From an uncultured delta proteobacterium (GTDB lineage Bacteria; Desulfobacterota; Binatia; UBA9968), in the NCBI GenBank assembly GCA_963760795.1, contig CAVXEP010000028.1, positions 1-64,000 of the forward strand: 64,000 nt of DNA, read 5' to 3'. Position 1 is the stretch's first letter; every line of letters begins with the position of its first letter. Positions 1-9,997 of this stretch are shown here, one piece after another. Position numbers and translations under genes: made by a program. The notes below the pieces were generated by a model that searched no databases, was not told where the DNA came from, and worked only from the letters and a program-made list of their open reading frames with translations.

Positions 1-112
1 TCGCCCCGGCAAAGGCCGGATGCGCCGTTACATCCGCCACGCGCTCGCCGTTCACCAACACTGTCCGGCCATCGCGCAGAGCGCGCATATAATCGTCACC
101 ACTTCGAGTCAT
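1..112 (-). CDS. 4-hydroxyphenylacetate 3-hydroxylase (HpaB) family protein, 5' end only
   Basis: Manual translation from ATG at 112 gives MTRSGDDYMRALRDGRTVLVNGERVADVTAHPAF, the typical HpaB/PvcC N-terminus; runs off the window. Confidence 0.8.
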   Translation of the reverse strand, partial: MTRSGDDYMRALRDGRTVLVNGERVADVTAHPAFAGA

Positions 113-165
113 GGTTGTCCCCCGAACCGCAGTGATTTTACAACACTGAGCCGTTCAAGCCACTC

Positions 166-1332
166 TCATCCCGCGTATTTTTCCACCGCGGTGCGAAGCA
201 GCTCGGCTTGCCAGCGCAACAGCCCGCCGCGTTCCATGATCTCATCGACACCACGCGGCCGGCTGCGCGCGATCGCTTCAAGCGCCGCGCGCGGCGCCAG
301 AACCGCTGGCGAGATCTCCAGCTCCTTGGCGATCTGAGTGCACGCGCTGCGTAGCGCGTTGGCCCGTTCCACCGAGTCGGCGCTGGGCGCTTCGCCGCGC
401 TCATGCTTTTTCAGTTCCGGCCAATCAGCCGGAGACATGGCCGCCGCCCTGGCGATGGCTTCCACCAGAGTCGTCAGCAAGGAGCTGTGAATATTGCGCG
501 GCAACTTGGGGCCCTTGTCGAGCGGCTCGTTGGGATGCGCCTCCGCCCAATGCACGAGTTCGAATATTTGTTGATTGCCAAAAATCATGAAGGGCGGCCG
601 ATTGGCACGCCGGGCGTGGTTATCGCGCCAACGCCATAACTCCCGCAGGTAGGCTAATTGCCGCCGAGTCAGCCGGCCCGCGCCCTTGAGACGCCAAGTC
701 TCCTCCGGATCGCGCACGTTATCGCGGCCGCTCGCCTGCACCATCGCCCGGCAGCTTTCGCTATGCCAACCAAGGCGTCTCTTGGCATCCAGCTCACTTG
801 CCATGCGCTCGGCCAGCGCTTCGAGATAACGCGTGTCGTTGACCGCGTAATGCAACTGCTTTTCGCTCAATGGCCGTTGCGACCAGTCGGATTTCTGGCC
901 TTCCTTGCCGATGGTGACGGCGAAGCAGCGTTCGAGCAGCGCCGCCAGACCTATCTGCTCGATGCCAAGCAATTGCGCCGCGATCATGGTGTCGAAAACG
1001 TCACCGCTCGGGCGGAAGCCTGTCGAAGCCCGCAGTATGCGCAGATCGTAGTCGCCGGCGTGAAAAATCAACGGCTTGGCCGCCAGGGCTGCGAGAAAGC
1101 CGCGCAGATCCACACCCGCCAGCGGATCGACCAAGTAATGCTCGCCAGCGATCGAGAGTTGGATCAAACAAACCTTTTCGAAATAGTTGTGCAAACTATC
1201 GGCTTCGGTATCCACGGCAATTCTTGCAGCGCTATCGATGCGATCGATCAGCGTCGCCAAGACGGCGCCATCCCGAACGTAAACAAAACCTTCAGTCTCG
1301 GATGTATTCAAGGCAGCTCCTCGATGCGGCAC
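166..1332 (-). CDS. rnd: ribonuclease D (DEDDy 3'-5' exonuclease plus HRDC domain)
   Basis: AVDTEAD, CLIQLS, HAGDYDL, FDTMIAAQLLG, SDWSQRPL, YAVNDT motifs; HRDC WRDNHAR; start uncertain. Confidence 0.9.
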   Translation of the reverse strand: MPHRGAALNTSETEGFVYVRDGAVLATLIDRIDSAARIAVDTEADSLHNYFEKVCLIQLSIAGEHYLVDPLAGVDLRGFLAALAAKPLIFHAGDYDLRILRASTGFRPSGDVFDTMIAAQLLGIEQIGLAALLERCFAVTIGKEGQKSDWSQRPLSEKQLHYAVNDTRYLEALAERMASELDAKRRLGWHSESCRAMVQASGRDNVRDPEETWRLKGAGRLTRRQLAYLRELWRWRDNHARRANRPPFMIFGNQQIFELVHWAEAHPNEPLDKGPKLPRNIHSSLLTTLVEAIARAAAMSPADWPELKKHERGEAPSADSVERANALRSACTQIAKELEISPAVLAPRAALEAIARSRPRGVDEIMERGGLLRWQAELLRTAVEKYAG

Positions 1333-1490
1333 TTATCCAGTCGAAAGCCGGACTTCCAGACCTAACCATTTCTCGGCGCCAATGAAAAGATATTTCGCCA
1401 TCGAGTTTATGCCGCGGCGATTGCTTGGCAGGCGACGCAAGAACATGTAGGTTCGACGGCAGATCTGAATTTTAAACATGGAGAAAAATC

Positions 1491-2057
1491 ATGCCCGTCC
1501 GATCCATCTTCGTGAGTGCCTTCGCCTCGCTCATGGCTTTAGCGTTTGCCGCACCGAGCCGCGCCGCCGAGCCGCCCTGCCCGCCTATCCTCGATCACAA
1601 ATTCGCCAACTTGATGGATGAACCGATCTCACTGTGCCAATTCCGCGGCAAAGTCGCGCTGATCGTCAATACCGCCAGCGAGTGCGGCTATACGCCGCAA
1701 TACGACGGCCTGGAAAAACTCTATCGCCGCTACAGGGACAAAGGCTTCGTCGTGCTCGGTTTTCCGGCCAACGATTTCGGCGCCCAGGAGCCGGGATCGA
1801 ACAAACAGATCGCACAGTTCTGCCAGGTGAATTACGGCATCACCTTTCCGGTATTCGCCAAGACCGCGGTGGTCGGCGCCAATGCCAACCCGCTGTTTCG
1901 CCAGCTAGCGACCCGCACCGGGCAGCCGCCCAAGTGGAATTTTCACAAGTATCTCGTCGACAAAACCGGGCAGCAGATCACCGCCTTCGAAAGCGCCGTT
2001 GAACCCGAAGACCGCCGGCTCATTTCACAGATCGAAAAACTGCTGGCTGCACGCTGA
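1491..2057 (+). CDS. Cys-type glutathione peroxidase with signal peptide
   Basis: VNTASECGYT, LGFPANDFG, PKWNFHKYLVD; hydrophobic N-terminus ending A-x-A; GGAGA RBS. Confidence 0.92.
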   Translation: MPVRSIFVSAFASLMALAFAAPSRAAEPPCPPILDHKFANLMDEPISLCQFRGKVALIVNTASECGYTPQYDGLEKLYRRYRDKGFVVLGFPANDFGAQEPGSNKQIAQFCQVNYGITFPVFAKTAVVGANANPLFRQLATRTGQPPKWNFHKYLVDKTGQQITAFESAVEPEDRRLISQIEKLLAAR

Positions 2058-2080
2058 GCCCAGCGTGGCTGCCGGCTGGA

Positions 2081-2107
2081 GTTTATCCTGAGCAGCCCGT
2101 CGAAGGG
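2081..2107. repeat. short REP-like intergenic element
   Basis: GTTTATCCTGAGC...GTCGAAGGG between convergent genes resembles CCTGAGC..GTCGAAG-type repeats. Confidence 0.35.
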
Positions 2108-2189
2108 CCGGTATGGCGGAACTTCACTGAGGTTGCTCGCGAGGGATTTCAACCCTTCCTGAGAGCCATTGAATCTATTCCATCCCCCT

Positions 2190-2717
2190 TCACACGACCC
2201 CAGCTATCCCGAGCAACGCGCCAGCAGCTAATAACCATAGCGGATTGCAGGTCAGGCGCAGGACTACAACGGCAGTGAGTACGGTCGTCAAGTAACCGCG
2301 CCAGTCATGATTCACGGCGCGCATGAGTACAGTTGCGCCAGCGAACATCAAACCGATGGTGAGCGGTGTCAAACCGCGCCGAATGGCGCGGAGAATCGGC
2401 GCATCGGGATAGCGCTCGGTGAAGTGGCCCACGAATAGCGTCAAAGTCATCGCCGGCACCAGTAGCGGAATGGTCGTCGCCAGCGCCCCCGACCACCCCG
2501 CCAGATGCCAGCCGATCAGAGTCGTGTACATGACATTGGGACCGGGCGCCGCCTGCGCTAACGTATAGATCTCGGCAAACTCGCGGTTGCTCAACAGCTG
2601 ATGCACTTCCACCACATAACGGTGGATGTCCGGCAAGATCGCCGACGGCCCGCCGACCGCCACAAACCACAGCGCCAGGAAATGCACAAACAACCCACTG
2701 AGATCGACGCGCTCCAT
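2190..2717 (-). CDS. short-chain chromate transporter (CHR family), subunit 2
   Basis: AVGG, LAQAAPGPN motif, hydrophobic; abuts partner gene. Confidence 0.9.
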   Translation of the reverse strand: MERVDLSGLFVHFLALWFVAVGGPSAILPDIHRYVVEVHQLLSNREFAEIYTLAQAAPGPNVMYTTLIGWHLAGWSGALATTIPLLVPAMTLTLFVGHFTERYPDAPILRAIRRGLTPLTIGLMFAGATVLMRAVNHDWRGYLTTVLTAVVVLRLTCNPLWLLAAGALLGIAGVV

Positions 2718-3272
2718 TCAATCCCTGGCCTTCCAGGCTAGGAACACGGCACAGGGCGCGAGAGCGGCGACGACCCAGAGCAATGGCCAGCGCATCACTC
2801 CGATAGCGAGAAAAGCCAGAATGCCGAAAAGCCATGGCCGCAACCGGTGCGGCAGCGCCATCGCCAACTTGATCACGGTCGCGAGCAGCAGCCCGGCCGC
2901 CACCTTCGACATGCCGCCCAGCGCCTGCTGCACCTGCGGCAACGCGCCGAACTGCTGGTACAGCATGCCCATGCCGATAACGACTAAGAACGGCCAGCCA
3001 AGGTAGCCAGCCACCGAAACCACTGCGCCGCTCCAACCGCCAAGGCGATAGCCGACCAACACCGTTAGGTTGAGCACGTTGGGCCCAGGGAGGAGTTGTC
3101 CGATGGTCAAGAACTCGGCGAACTCGCGGTCGGTCAACCAGCGCTGCCGTTCAACCAATCCAAGCCGTGCCCAGAACAGCGCGCCGCCAAAACTCGACAG
3201 AGTAATCCGCGAGAATGTCAGGAACAAGTCCATCCGGGTGATGTGTGGTCGGTTGGAAACTACTGGTTGCAT
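2718..3272 (-). CDS. short-chain chromate transporter (CHR family), subunit 1
   Basis: SFGG, VERQRWL, GQLLPGPN motifs. Confidence 0.9.
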   Translation of the reverse strand: MQPVVSNRPHITRMDLFLTFSRITLSSFGGALFWARLGLVERQRWLTDREFAEFLTIGQLLPGPNVLNLTVLVGYRLGGWSGAVVSVAGYLGWPFLVVIGMGMLYQQFGALPQVQQALGGMSKVAAGLLLATVIKLAMALPHRLRPWLFGILAFLAIGVMRWPLLWVVAALAPCAVFLAWKARD

Positions 3273-3340
3273 ACTCTATTTGTTTGGGCTTCGCCGGGGG
3301 TTGCAAACCCGCGTCCACAGCCGATTTTAACCCACCCCGG

Positions 3341-3844
3341 CTACGATAAAGGCGCACCGCTCGCTCGCGCGGCGCACCAAGAAATGAGACTACTCTGCAG
3401 CGCAGTTTCAACAGTCGACCCCGCGCGCGAGACTACCTCACGCGCATCACCCACCGGTTGGCCGAGGGCAAGCAGCACGCAAATCGAAAGCATCGCAGTG
3501 CGGCCAACGCCGCCTGCGCAATGAATCAGCACGGTCTCGCCAGACCGCAAGCGCGTGGCGACATCACGAGCAAGATTCCAGAAACCGTCCCGATCCTCCG
3601 GCGCGCCCCGATCGGGAATTTCAAACGGCAGCACCAAACATGGCACTGAGCCGTTATCTAGTGCCTGTGCGTACTCGTAAGACTTCACATGGATTTCATC
3701 GCGCTCGGTCAAACACACAATCGCTCGCACCGCATCGGTCCTCACTTGATGCCACACCCGCTCCAGCGCTTCGTAGCGGCCTGGCAAGCTGTGCAGCAAT
3801 AGCCTTCCGGGAACAGCTGAGGGAAGATCGACACAACGAAACAT
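3341..3844 (-). CDS. protein-tyrosine/dual-specificity phosphatase family protein
   Basis: Catalytic IHCAGGVGRT (CX5R) motif and IPDRGAP loop. Confidence 0.88.
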   Translation of the reverse strand: MFRCVDLPSAVPGRLLLHSLPGRYEALERVWHQVRTDAVRAIVCLTERDEIHVKSYEYAQALDNGSVPCLVLPFEIPDRGAPEDRDGFWNLARDVATRLRSGETVLIHCAGGVGRTAMLSICVLLALGQPVGDAREVVSRAGSTVETALQSSLISWCAARASGAPLS

Positions 3845-4526
3845 GAATGTAACCTCAAATAATTTCGGCCTGGGATTCCCCGGCGATCAAGTTGTAGAAC
3901 ATAAGCGCAATGACATTCATGACCGCGAACCTGCCCCTGAACCAATTCCAGCTTTTTTACTCGGTAACGCCCAACAAAACTAACTAAGATTTATTGGCCG
4001 AATCGTCGCTCGATCCGGCTTCAAGTATGCCTGGACATGCGTGCGCGAGGCAACGAAATTAGCGGAACCGCCGCCGAACTTACCTTGAACGCCCGGCTCA
4101 TCCGGCGCACGGTCTTTACGCCAAAGCCGACGTCAATCTGTCTGGAGGTACTGCCGCAATCAAGACACCAACCGAGCTGGGTTATTGGCCACGGCCAATG
4201 CTGCCGATGGCGAACTCTGTCTATATATTATTATTGAAAATCTCTGTTAATCAGTATGTTACGATATAAATAATAAACTAAATTGTTATCTAATTCGACA
4301 CCCTTTTCGTCGGCAACCGCGACGTTGGGCGCGGCGTCAAAAAGTTTGCGTGCGCGCTTCCAGGCCTGGCTCTTTTCAAAAACGCGTCAGTATAGGGCTG
4401 TAAGTCGACAGGTTCGCCGACTTCGAAAGAGTAAACGTCAACTTTGTCGCGAAAGCGCCGGGTCAAATCTTTCAAGGTGATTTATTGGCCGCCAATACTC
4501 ATCTCGTCCGACCGGCTGCCACGCTA

Positions 4527-6149
4527 TCATGAGGCGACGTGGTTGTTGACAATGATTCGGTCGCGAATGTACTTAACTCCGGGAACGCTGCTCGCGGCCT
4601 TGGCGGCGGCAATTTTTTGATTCTCGGTATCGACTCGACCGCCGAGAAAAACTGTCCCATCGATCACCGAAACTTCAACTCCTCTTATTGCATACTTAGC
4701 GATAGCTTTGAGTATGTCAAATTCCAATCTGTCATTCGCTGCCTTTTGGCTGGTTCCTTTGGTAGCGGTGTTTATTGCCTCCTGGTTCTTCTTGTCGTTT
4801 ATTACCGTTTGCTTTGCTTGAGGTCGATCCGGAGCGTCGGCGACTTGGGATGGACTCTTGCTCGCGTCCAGAATCGGCGTAGTGTTTACTCCTGCACTGC
4901 TCTCTTCCGGCTGTGGCGTCGAAACTGGCGGTTTCTCGGAGGCCACGGGTTGAACGTCTTTGAGTTCTTTAGACGGCGCTTCGGGCGGATCTCCTGGCTC
5001 CAGCGCGCCGGTTTTGAGGTTCTCGCGCCGATCAGTCTCATCCCAGATTCGAGCGGCTATCTCTGCAAGGTAATTTCTGTTTGACTGCGGATAAAAAATC
5101 GCACCGACCCCGGCTGCAGCAACAATTCCCAAAACAAATCCCGTTGCCAAACTTGCCAGACTCCACTGCCGATGGATGGGTGTGCGTCTTTGTTCCCGCG
5201 CCATGGAACTTTCTGGAAATTCCGCTGGCGGCGTTAGTCCGACCAGGGTTAGCGGGCTCACTTCCTTTCTAACTCTCCTCTTTCTCCTCTCACCGTCCGT
5301 CTCATCCTGGTCGGTTGCCCTCGACTGCTTTTTTGGTGAACGCAAGGTAAGGTTCAGGTCACGCGCAACTTCTTCAATAATGTCGGGTGAAACTTTTTTC
5401 TTCGAAGATGCGTAACAATTGAGCAGAGCGTTATCGCAAATCACATTGATGATCCGCGGAATCCCCTTCGAATATAGCGAAATTTTCTCGACCGCCTTTG
5501 GATCAAACAACGTCTTGCCTTCGAAACCGACGGTTTTAAGCCGAGCCAGGATATAGAGGTCAACTTCTGGGTCTTTGAGTGGGGCAAGCCGGCAACGTAT
5601 CATGACTCGCTGCTTGAGCTGGCGCAGCTCGGGCTGTTCAAGCCTTTCTTCCAGTTCAGGTTGCCCCAGCAAAACAATCTGAATAAGTTTCTCCTCATCG
5701 GTTTCCAGGTTGGAAAGAAGCCTGAGTTCTTCGAGTAGTTCATTGCTTAGCTGTTGGGCCTCATCGATCAGAAGAGCGACAATGTGACGCTTCTTGAACT
5801 GTTCGAGAAGATACTCCTTGAGCTGTACGGTCAGGGCTCCTGGGTCTTGCGTGGCAGGGGTGATGCGGAGGCCGTTTAACACAAACGGGAGCAGTTCAGT
5901 CGCGCCGAGTTTGGGATTAGCGATGAAGGCTGTGCGGATCATCACTTCTGCCTTTTGCATGAAATCCTTGACCAATCTCGTCTTGCCCGTCCCCGGCTCG
6001 CCAGTGATTACAATGAGGCCCTTGCGCCCTTCGATGCCGTAGCGCAGCGCCGCAAATGCCTCGCGACAACTCGGAGTATCAAAGTAAAATCGCGGATCCG
6101 GTGTGATACTAAAGGGGCATATCTTGAAGCCAAAATAATCTTCGTACAT
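4527..6149 (-). CDS. ExeA/GspA-family AAA ATPase with TM helix and C-terminal BON domain
   Basis: MYEDYFGF..PFSITPDP start, Walker A GEPGTGKT, Walker B LLIDEAQ, GIPRIINVICD; TM segment; BON-like VSVIDGTVFLGGRV..VPGV; start taken at ATG 6149. Confidence 0.88.
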   Translation of the reverse strand: MYEDYFGFKICPFSITPDPRFYFDTPSCREAFAALRYGIEGRKGLIVITGEPGTGKTRLVKDFMQKAEVMIRTAFIANPKLGATELLPFVLNGLRITPATQDPGALTVQLKEYLLEQFKKRHIVALLIDEAQQLSNELLEELRLLSNLETDEEKLIQIVLLGQPELEERLEQPELRQLKQRVMIRCRLAPLKDPEVDLYILARLKTVGFEGKTLFDPKAVEKISLYSKGIPRIINVICDNALLNCYASSKKKVSPDIIEEVARDLNLTLRSPKKQSRATDQDETDGERRKRRVRKEVSPLTLVGLTPPAEFPESSMAREQRRTPIHRQWSLASLATGFVLGIVAAAGVGAIFYPQSNRNYLAEIAARIWDETDRRENLKTGALEPGDPPEAPSKELKDVQPVASEKPPVSTPQPEESSAGVNTTPILDASKSPSQVADAPDRPQAKQTVINDKKNQEAINTATKGTSQKAANDRLEFDILKAIAKYAIRGVEVSVIDGTVFLGGRVDTENQKIAAAKAASSVPGVKYIRDRIIVNNHVAS

Positions 6150-6231
6150 TTGCTTGTATCCGTCGATTAGGAAATCGTCCCGCGAATCGGACAAACTTCT
6201 TCATCTTTGCGATTTTGCATAAACAAAAAGA

Positions 6232-6260
6232 CGCAAGGCCGATGCCACAACATATTGATA
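6232..6260 (-). promoter_or_regulatory. sigma54 (-24/-12) promoter with adjacent IHF site
   Basis: Minus strand TGGCAT-CGGCC-TTGCG (6247-6232), directly preceded by TATCAATATGTTG (6260-6248), which matches the IHF consensus WATCAANNNNTTR. Confidence 0.7.
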
Positions 6261-6426
6261 TCTAAGTCATTGATCGATAACAGACATATAAGAATGCTAA
6301 TTGAAAAAAAGCTTTCGCCATGAAGGGAATTCCCTCCAACAGTACCAGACAACCAGACGAATGGGCAGGCGGCCATGGTCGTCTCGGCCGGTCGCTTCAA
6401 AGATATCGCAACAACCCCCACTTCAC

Positions 6427-7428
6427 CTACCGCTCGATCTCTTTGATTATCGCTTCGGCAAATCTTTTCGTCGTCGCCGTGCCGCCGAGATCGCGCGTGA
6501 CACAATCGCCACGCCAGAGGACTTTTTCCAGCGCTGCGTCAATCCGATTGGCAGCAGCGCGCTCGCCGATGTGGCGCAACATCATGACCGCCGCGGTGAT
6601 CATCGCCGACGGATTGGCGATCCCCTTCCCTTTGATATCCGGCGCGCTTCCATGCACCGGCTCGAAAAGCGCGTGGTGATCGCCGAGATTGGCGCCGGCG
6701 ACCAGCCCCAAACCGCCGACCAAACCAGCAGCCAAGTCCGACACGATGTCGCCGTAAAGGTTTTCCAGCAGTAAGATATCGAACTGGAGCGGATCGAGCA
6801 CCAACTGCATGCAGGCGTTGTCGACGATGATATCGCTAAAGCCGATGCGCTTGTATTTTTGCGCCATCTTGCGGGCGCAATCTAAAAACAAACCGTCGGT
6901 GAGTTTCATGATATTGGCTTTATGCACGGCCGTGACTTTTTTCCGGCCATTTTTCCTGGCGTATTCAAAGGCAAATTTGGCGATCCGCGTCGAAGCTTTT
7001 TCGGTGATAATCTTTAAGCTCTCCATGACGCCGGGGACAACTTCATGCTCGATGCCGGAATAAAGCCCTTCAGTGTTCTCCCGCACGACCACCAAGTCGA
7101 CGTTTTGATATCGCGCTTTGACGCCCGGTAAATTTTTGATCGGCCGCAGGTTGGCATACAGAGTGAAAGTTTGCCGTAGCTCCACGTTCACGCTGCTAAA
7201 ACCTTCACCTACCGGTGTAGTTACCGGTCCCTTCAGGGCGACCTTGGTCTTGTCGAACGAATCCATCAGCGCCCGCGGGATCGTCGTCCCATGCTTTTTC
7301 AACGCCTCGCTGCCAGCGAGATGGGAGTCCCAGGTGATTTTCACTCCGGCGGTCTTGATAATATCCAGTGCCGGCTTAACTACTTCGGGACCGATCCCAT
7401 CACCCGGAATCAACGTGATTTTGTGCAT
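6427..7428 (-). CDS. isocitrate/isopropylmalate dehydrogenase family protein, probably NAD-dependent IDH
   Basis: [57 protein letters not shown]. Confidence 0.85.
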   Translation of the reverse strand: MHKITLIPGDGIGPEVVKPALDIIKTAGVKITWDSHLAGSEALKKHGTTIPRALMDSFDKTKVALKGPVTTPVGEGFSSVNVELRQTFTLYANLRPIKNLPGVKARYQNVDLVVVRENTEGLYSGIEHEVVPGVMESLKIITEKASTRIAKFAFEYARKNGRKKVTAVHKANIMKLTDGLFLDCARKMAQKYKRIGFSDIIVDNACMQLVLDPLQFDILLLENLYGDIVSDLAAGLVGGLGLVAGANLGDHHALFEPVHGSAPDIKGKGIANPSAMITAAVMMLRHIGERAAANRIDAALEKVLWRGDCVTRDLGGTATTKRFAEAIIKEIER

Positions 7429-7623
7429 CGTGACCTTAGCCCTTTCGTGGTCCGCATCATAGCAGGCTGAGATCGCTATATCTAAGCCGATATTTCCTCA
7501 AGCTTTATTTTTCTAAATGATCGCGCGATTTTTCTTTCGGCCCGCCCTAAACACATGCTTCTTTTCATCGTACAATCGATCTAACCCAAGCCGTAGTCGT
7601 ATTTGGGTGAGGTAGGGCGAAAC

Positions 7624-8892
7624 GTGAAGGACGGCAATACACAAATCAGCTCAACCGCGCAGGCACGCGAAACGGTGGACACCGTCTACCGTACCGAATC
7701 GCGTGCGGTCCTCGCGACTCTGATTCGCTTGCTCGGCGACTTCGATCTCGCCGAGGAAGCGCTACACGAAGCCTTTAAAGCAGCATTAGAGCAGTGGCCG
7801 AGCGACGGCGTACCGGCCAAGCCGCGAGCTTGGTTGGTCTCGACAGGGCGATTCAAGGCCATAGACGCGATCCGCAGACGCTCTCGGCTCGACCCACTGC
7901 CCAACGATTTCGCCGAACGGTTCACGAGCGCGAACATTGACTCTATTGCGCAGGACAACGACAACGTCGAGGACGACCGGCTGCGGTTGATCTTCACTTG
8001 CTGCCATCCGGCTCTGGCGCTAGACGCTCAGGTAGCGCTCACTTTGCGCGAGGTGTGCGGTCTTACCACCGAAGAGATCGCGAGCGCATTTCTAACCGGG
8101 GTTTCCACATTGGCCCAGCGCATCGTGCGCTCCAAGGCAAAGATTCGCAACGCGCGAATCCCCTACCAGGTACCGTCGCGCGCCGATCTACCCGATCGCT
8201 TGGAGGCGGTACTGCGCGTCGTCTATCTGGTATTCAACGAGGGATATTCGGCATCCTCAGGCGCGGAAATCACGCGCCACGATCTTGCCAACGAGGCGAT
8301 TTGCCTCGGCCGGTTACTCTTCGATTTGCTCCCGGAGCCGGACGTCGCGGGGCTTCTGGGGCTCATGCTGCTGCAAGATTCGCGGCGCGCGGCACGCATG
8401 TCCCCTACCGGCGATCTGGTGCTGTTGGAAGACCAGGACCGGGCGCTGTGGAACCGCGATTACATCAGAGAAGGTTCCGCCCTCGTGCAACGTGCGGTCG
8501 CGGCCGGCGAGGTCGGCCCATACACCATTCAAGCCGCGATCGCAGCCGTGCACGCAAACGCAGCCAACGCCAGTGTCACCGATTGGGACCAAATCGTGGC
8601 ATTGTACGATCTCCTGGCACGGGCCGAGCCATCGCCCGTAATCGAACTGAACCGCGCGGTAGCCGTCGCGATGCGTGACGGTCCCGAGCCTGGCCTCAAT
8701 TTGATCGAGGCAATTCTGGCGCGCGGCGACCTTGAGAATTACCATCTCGCCCATGCGGCGCGGGCGGATCTCTGCCGTCGGGTCGGGCGGACCGACGACG
8801 CCCGAGATGCCTACGAACGGGCCTTGAGCCTTACCCAACAAGGGCCCGAAAAGCGGTTTTTGGAGCGCCGTCTTGAGGAGCTGAAAAAATAA
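7624..8892 (+). CDS. ECF sigma factor with long C-terminal TPR/DUF6596 extension (ECF42-type)
   Basis: DFDLAEEA region 2, DDRLRLIFTCCHPAL, YLVFNEGY, GPYTIQAAIAAVH, LNRAVAVA; linked to DGPF/YciI genes; start 7603 or 7624. Confidence 0.9.
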   Translation: MKDGNTQISSTAQARETVDTVYRTESRAVLATLIRLLGDFDLAEEALHEAFKAALEQWPSDGVPAKPRAWLVSTGRFKAIDAIRRRSRLDPLPNDFAERFTSANIDSIAQDNDNVEDDRLRLIFTCCHPALALDAQVALTLREVCGLTTEEIASAFLTGVSTLAQRIVRSKAKIRNARIPYQVPSRADLPDRLEAVLRVVYLVFNEGYSASSGAEITRHDLANEAICLGRLLFDLLPEPDVAGLLGLMLLQDSRRAARMSPTGDLVLLEDQDRALWNRDYIREGSALVQRAVAAGEVGPYTIQAAIAAVHANAANASVTDWDQIVALYDLLARAEPSPVIELNRAVAVAMRDGPEPGLNLIEAILARGDLENYHLAHAARADLCRRVGRTDDARDAYERALSLTQQGPEKRFLERRLEELKK

Positions 8893-8901
8893 TCTGGCGG
8901 T

Positions 8902-8930
8902 TGTCGATTGACGACCGGTCCGGACGACTA
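8902..8930 (+). promoter_or_regulatory. ECF-type promoter copy 1 (TGTCGA-N17-CGACTA)
   Basis: Same hexamers and spacing as the copies at 13571 and 14583. Confidence 0.75.
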
Positions 8931-8969
8931 AGTAGTGTAGATCGTGAATTAGCGCGAACCAAAAAAGCG

Positions 8970-9431
8970 ATGACAATGGCCGCCCCAGACAAAAGTTCCA
9001 CAAACCCCGAATCGCATGACGAAGCCCGGATTCGCGTGACGATAGAAGCGCGGGCGAACGCAATCCGCACCAAGAACGTGCACGGAGTGTTAGCTACTTT
9101 CAGCGAAAACTCCGTGGGTTATTTCATCGAAACCCCGCTGCAACAGTTGCCTCTCCAGGAGGATCTGGCGGGCTGGTTCGCAACGTGGAGAGGTCCCATC
9201 GGGTACGAAATTGGCCATTGCGAAATTATCGTGGGCAATGACGTCGCCTACTGCCATGGATTGAATCGTTGGACCGGACCAAGAACCGATGGCGAGGATA
9301 CGGACATTTGGTTTCGCGAGACTCTTTGTTTGCGGAAGATCAACGGTCAGTGGCTCATCAGTCACATTCATGAATCGGTGCCCATGTATATGGACGGCAG
9401 TCTCAAGGCAGCGATTGATCTCAAGCCCTAG
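8970..9431 (+). CDS. SnoaL/NTF2-like (YybH) protein
   Basis: WFRETLCLRKINGQWLISHIHESVPMYMDGS..AAIDLKP; start placed downstream of the promoter motif. Confidence 0.85.
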   Translation: MTMAAPDKSSTNPESHDEARIRVTIEARANAIRTKNVHGVLATFSENSVGYFIETPLQQLPLQEDLAGWFATWRGPIGYEIGHCEIIVGNDVAYCHGLNRWTGPRTDGEDTDIWFRETLCLRKINGQWLISHIHESVPMYMDGSLKAAIDLKP

Positions 9432-9551
9432 GACAAAACGCCAAGTCATACAGTGGGGATGCCTGGCTAAAAGCTGACGGTTTTCCCCAGCAGCTCTCCG
9501 CCGGCGTAGGGCGGTTCAGGATCTTATTGAGGATCTTACGAAGGAATTAAG

Positions 9552-9941
9552 ATGAGAACCAAACCAACGGCAGCCAAAGACATAGATGGGTATATTGCGA
9601 GCTTCCCAAATGAAGTTCAGAAAATTCTAGAAAAGATCCGGATAACGATTAAGAAAGCGGCGCCGGATGCGCAAGAAACTATTAGCTATCAGATGCCGGC
9701 CTTCACTCTGAAAGGCCATTTGGTTTATTTTGCCGCTTTCAAAAATCATATCGGGTTTTATCCTCCGGTAACCGGGGGAGATGAGAAATTCAAGAAAGTG
9801 AAATCAGTTTATGAAGGTCCCAAGGGCAACTTGAGGTTTCCACTCGATCAGCCCGTTCCTTACACCTTGATCAGCAAAATTGTGAAAGTTAGAGTAAAGG
9901 AAAATCTGGCAAGAGCAGAAGCAAAAAACAAGAAGCGATAG
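9552..9941 (+). CDS. DUF1801 (YdhG-like) protein
   Basis: IDGYIASFP, ETISYQMPAF, FAAFKNHIGFYP, KGNLRFPLD; visibly AT-richer than neighbours. Confidence 0.88.
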   Translation: MRTKPTAAKDIDGYIASFPNEVQKILEKIRITIKKAAPDAQETISYQMPAFTLKGHLVYFAAFKNHIGFYPPVTGGDEKFKKVKSVYEGPKGNLRFPLDQPVPYTLISKIVKVRVKENLARAEAKNKKR

Positions 9942-9997
9942 AAACCATTGGCGACCCTCTGTGGCATCCTAGGCGAAAACGAGCGAGATAGAGGTGA

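Noticed and set aside
1491-2057. Selenocysteine in the glutathione peroxidase
   Set aside because: The active-site codon is TGC (Cys) and there is no in-frame TGA
4483-4529. Stop-codon read-through extension of the ExeA-BON gene
   Set aside because: Two consecutive stops (TGA TAG) and only 13 further codons
6427-7428. Second leuB
   Set aside because: The substrate motif SVNVELR is IDH-like; the true leuB is at 38401-39495
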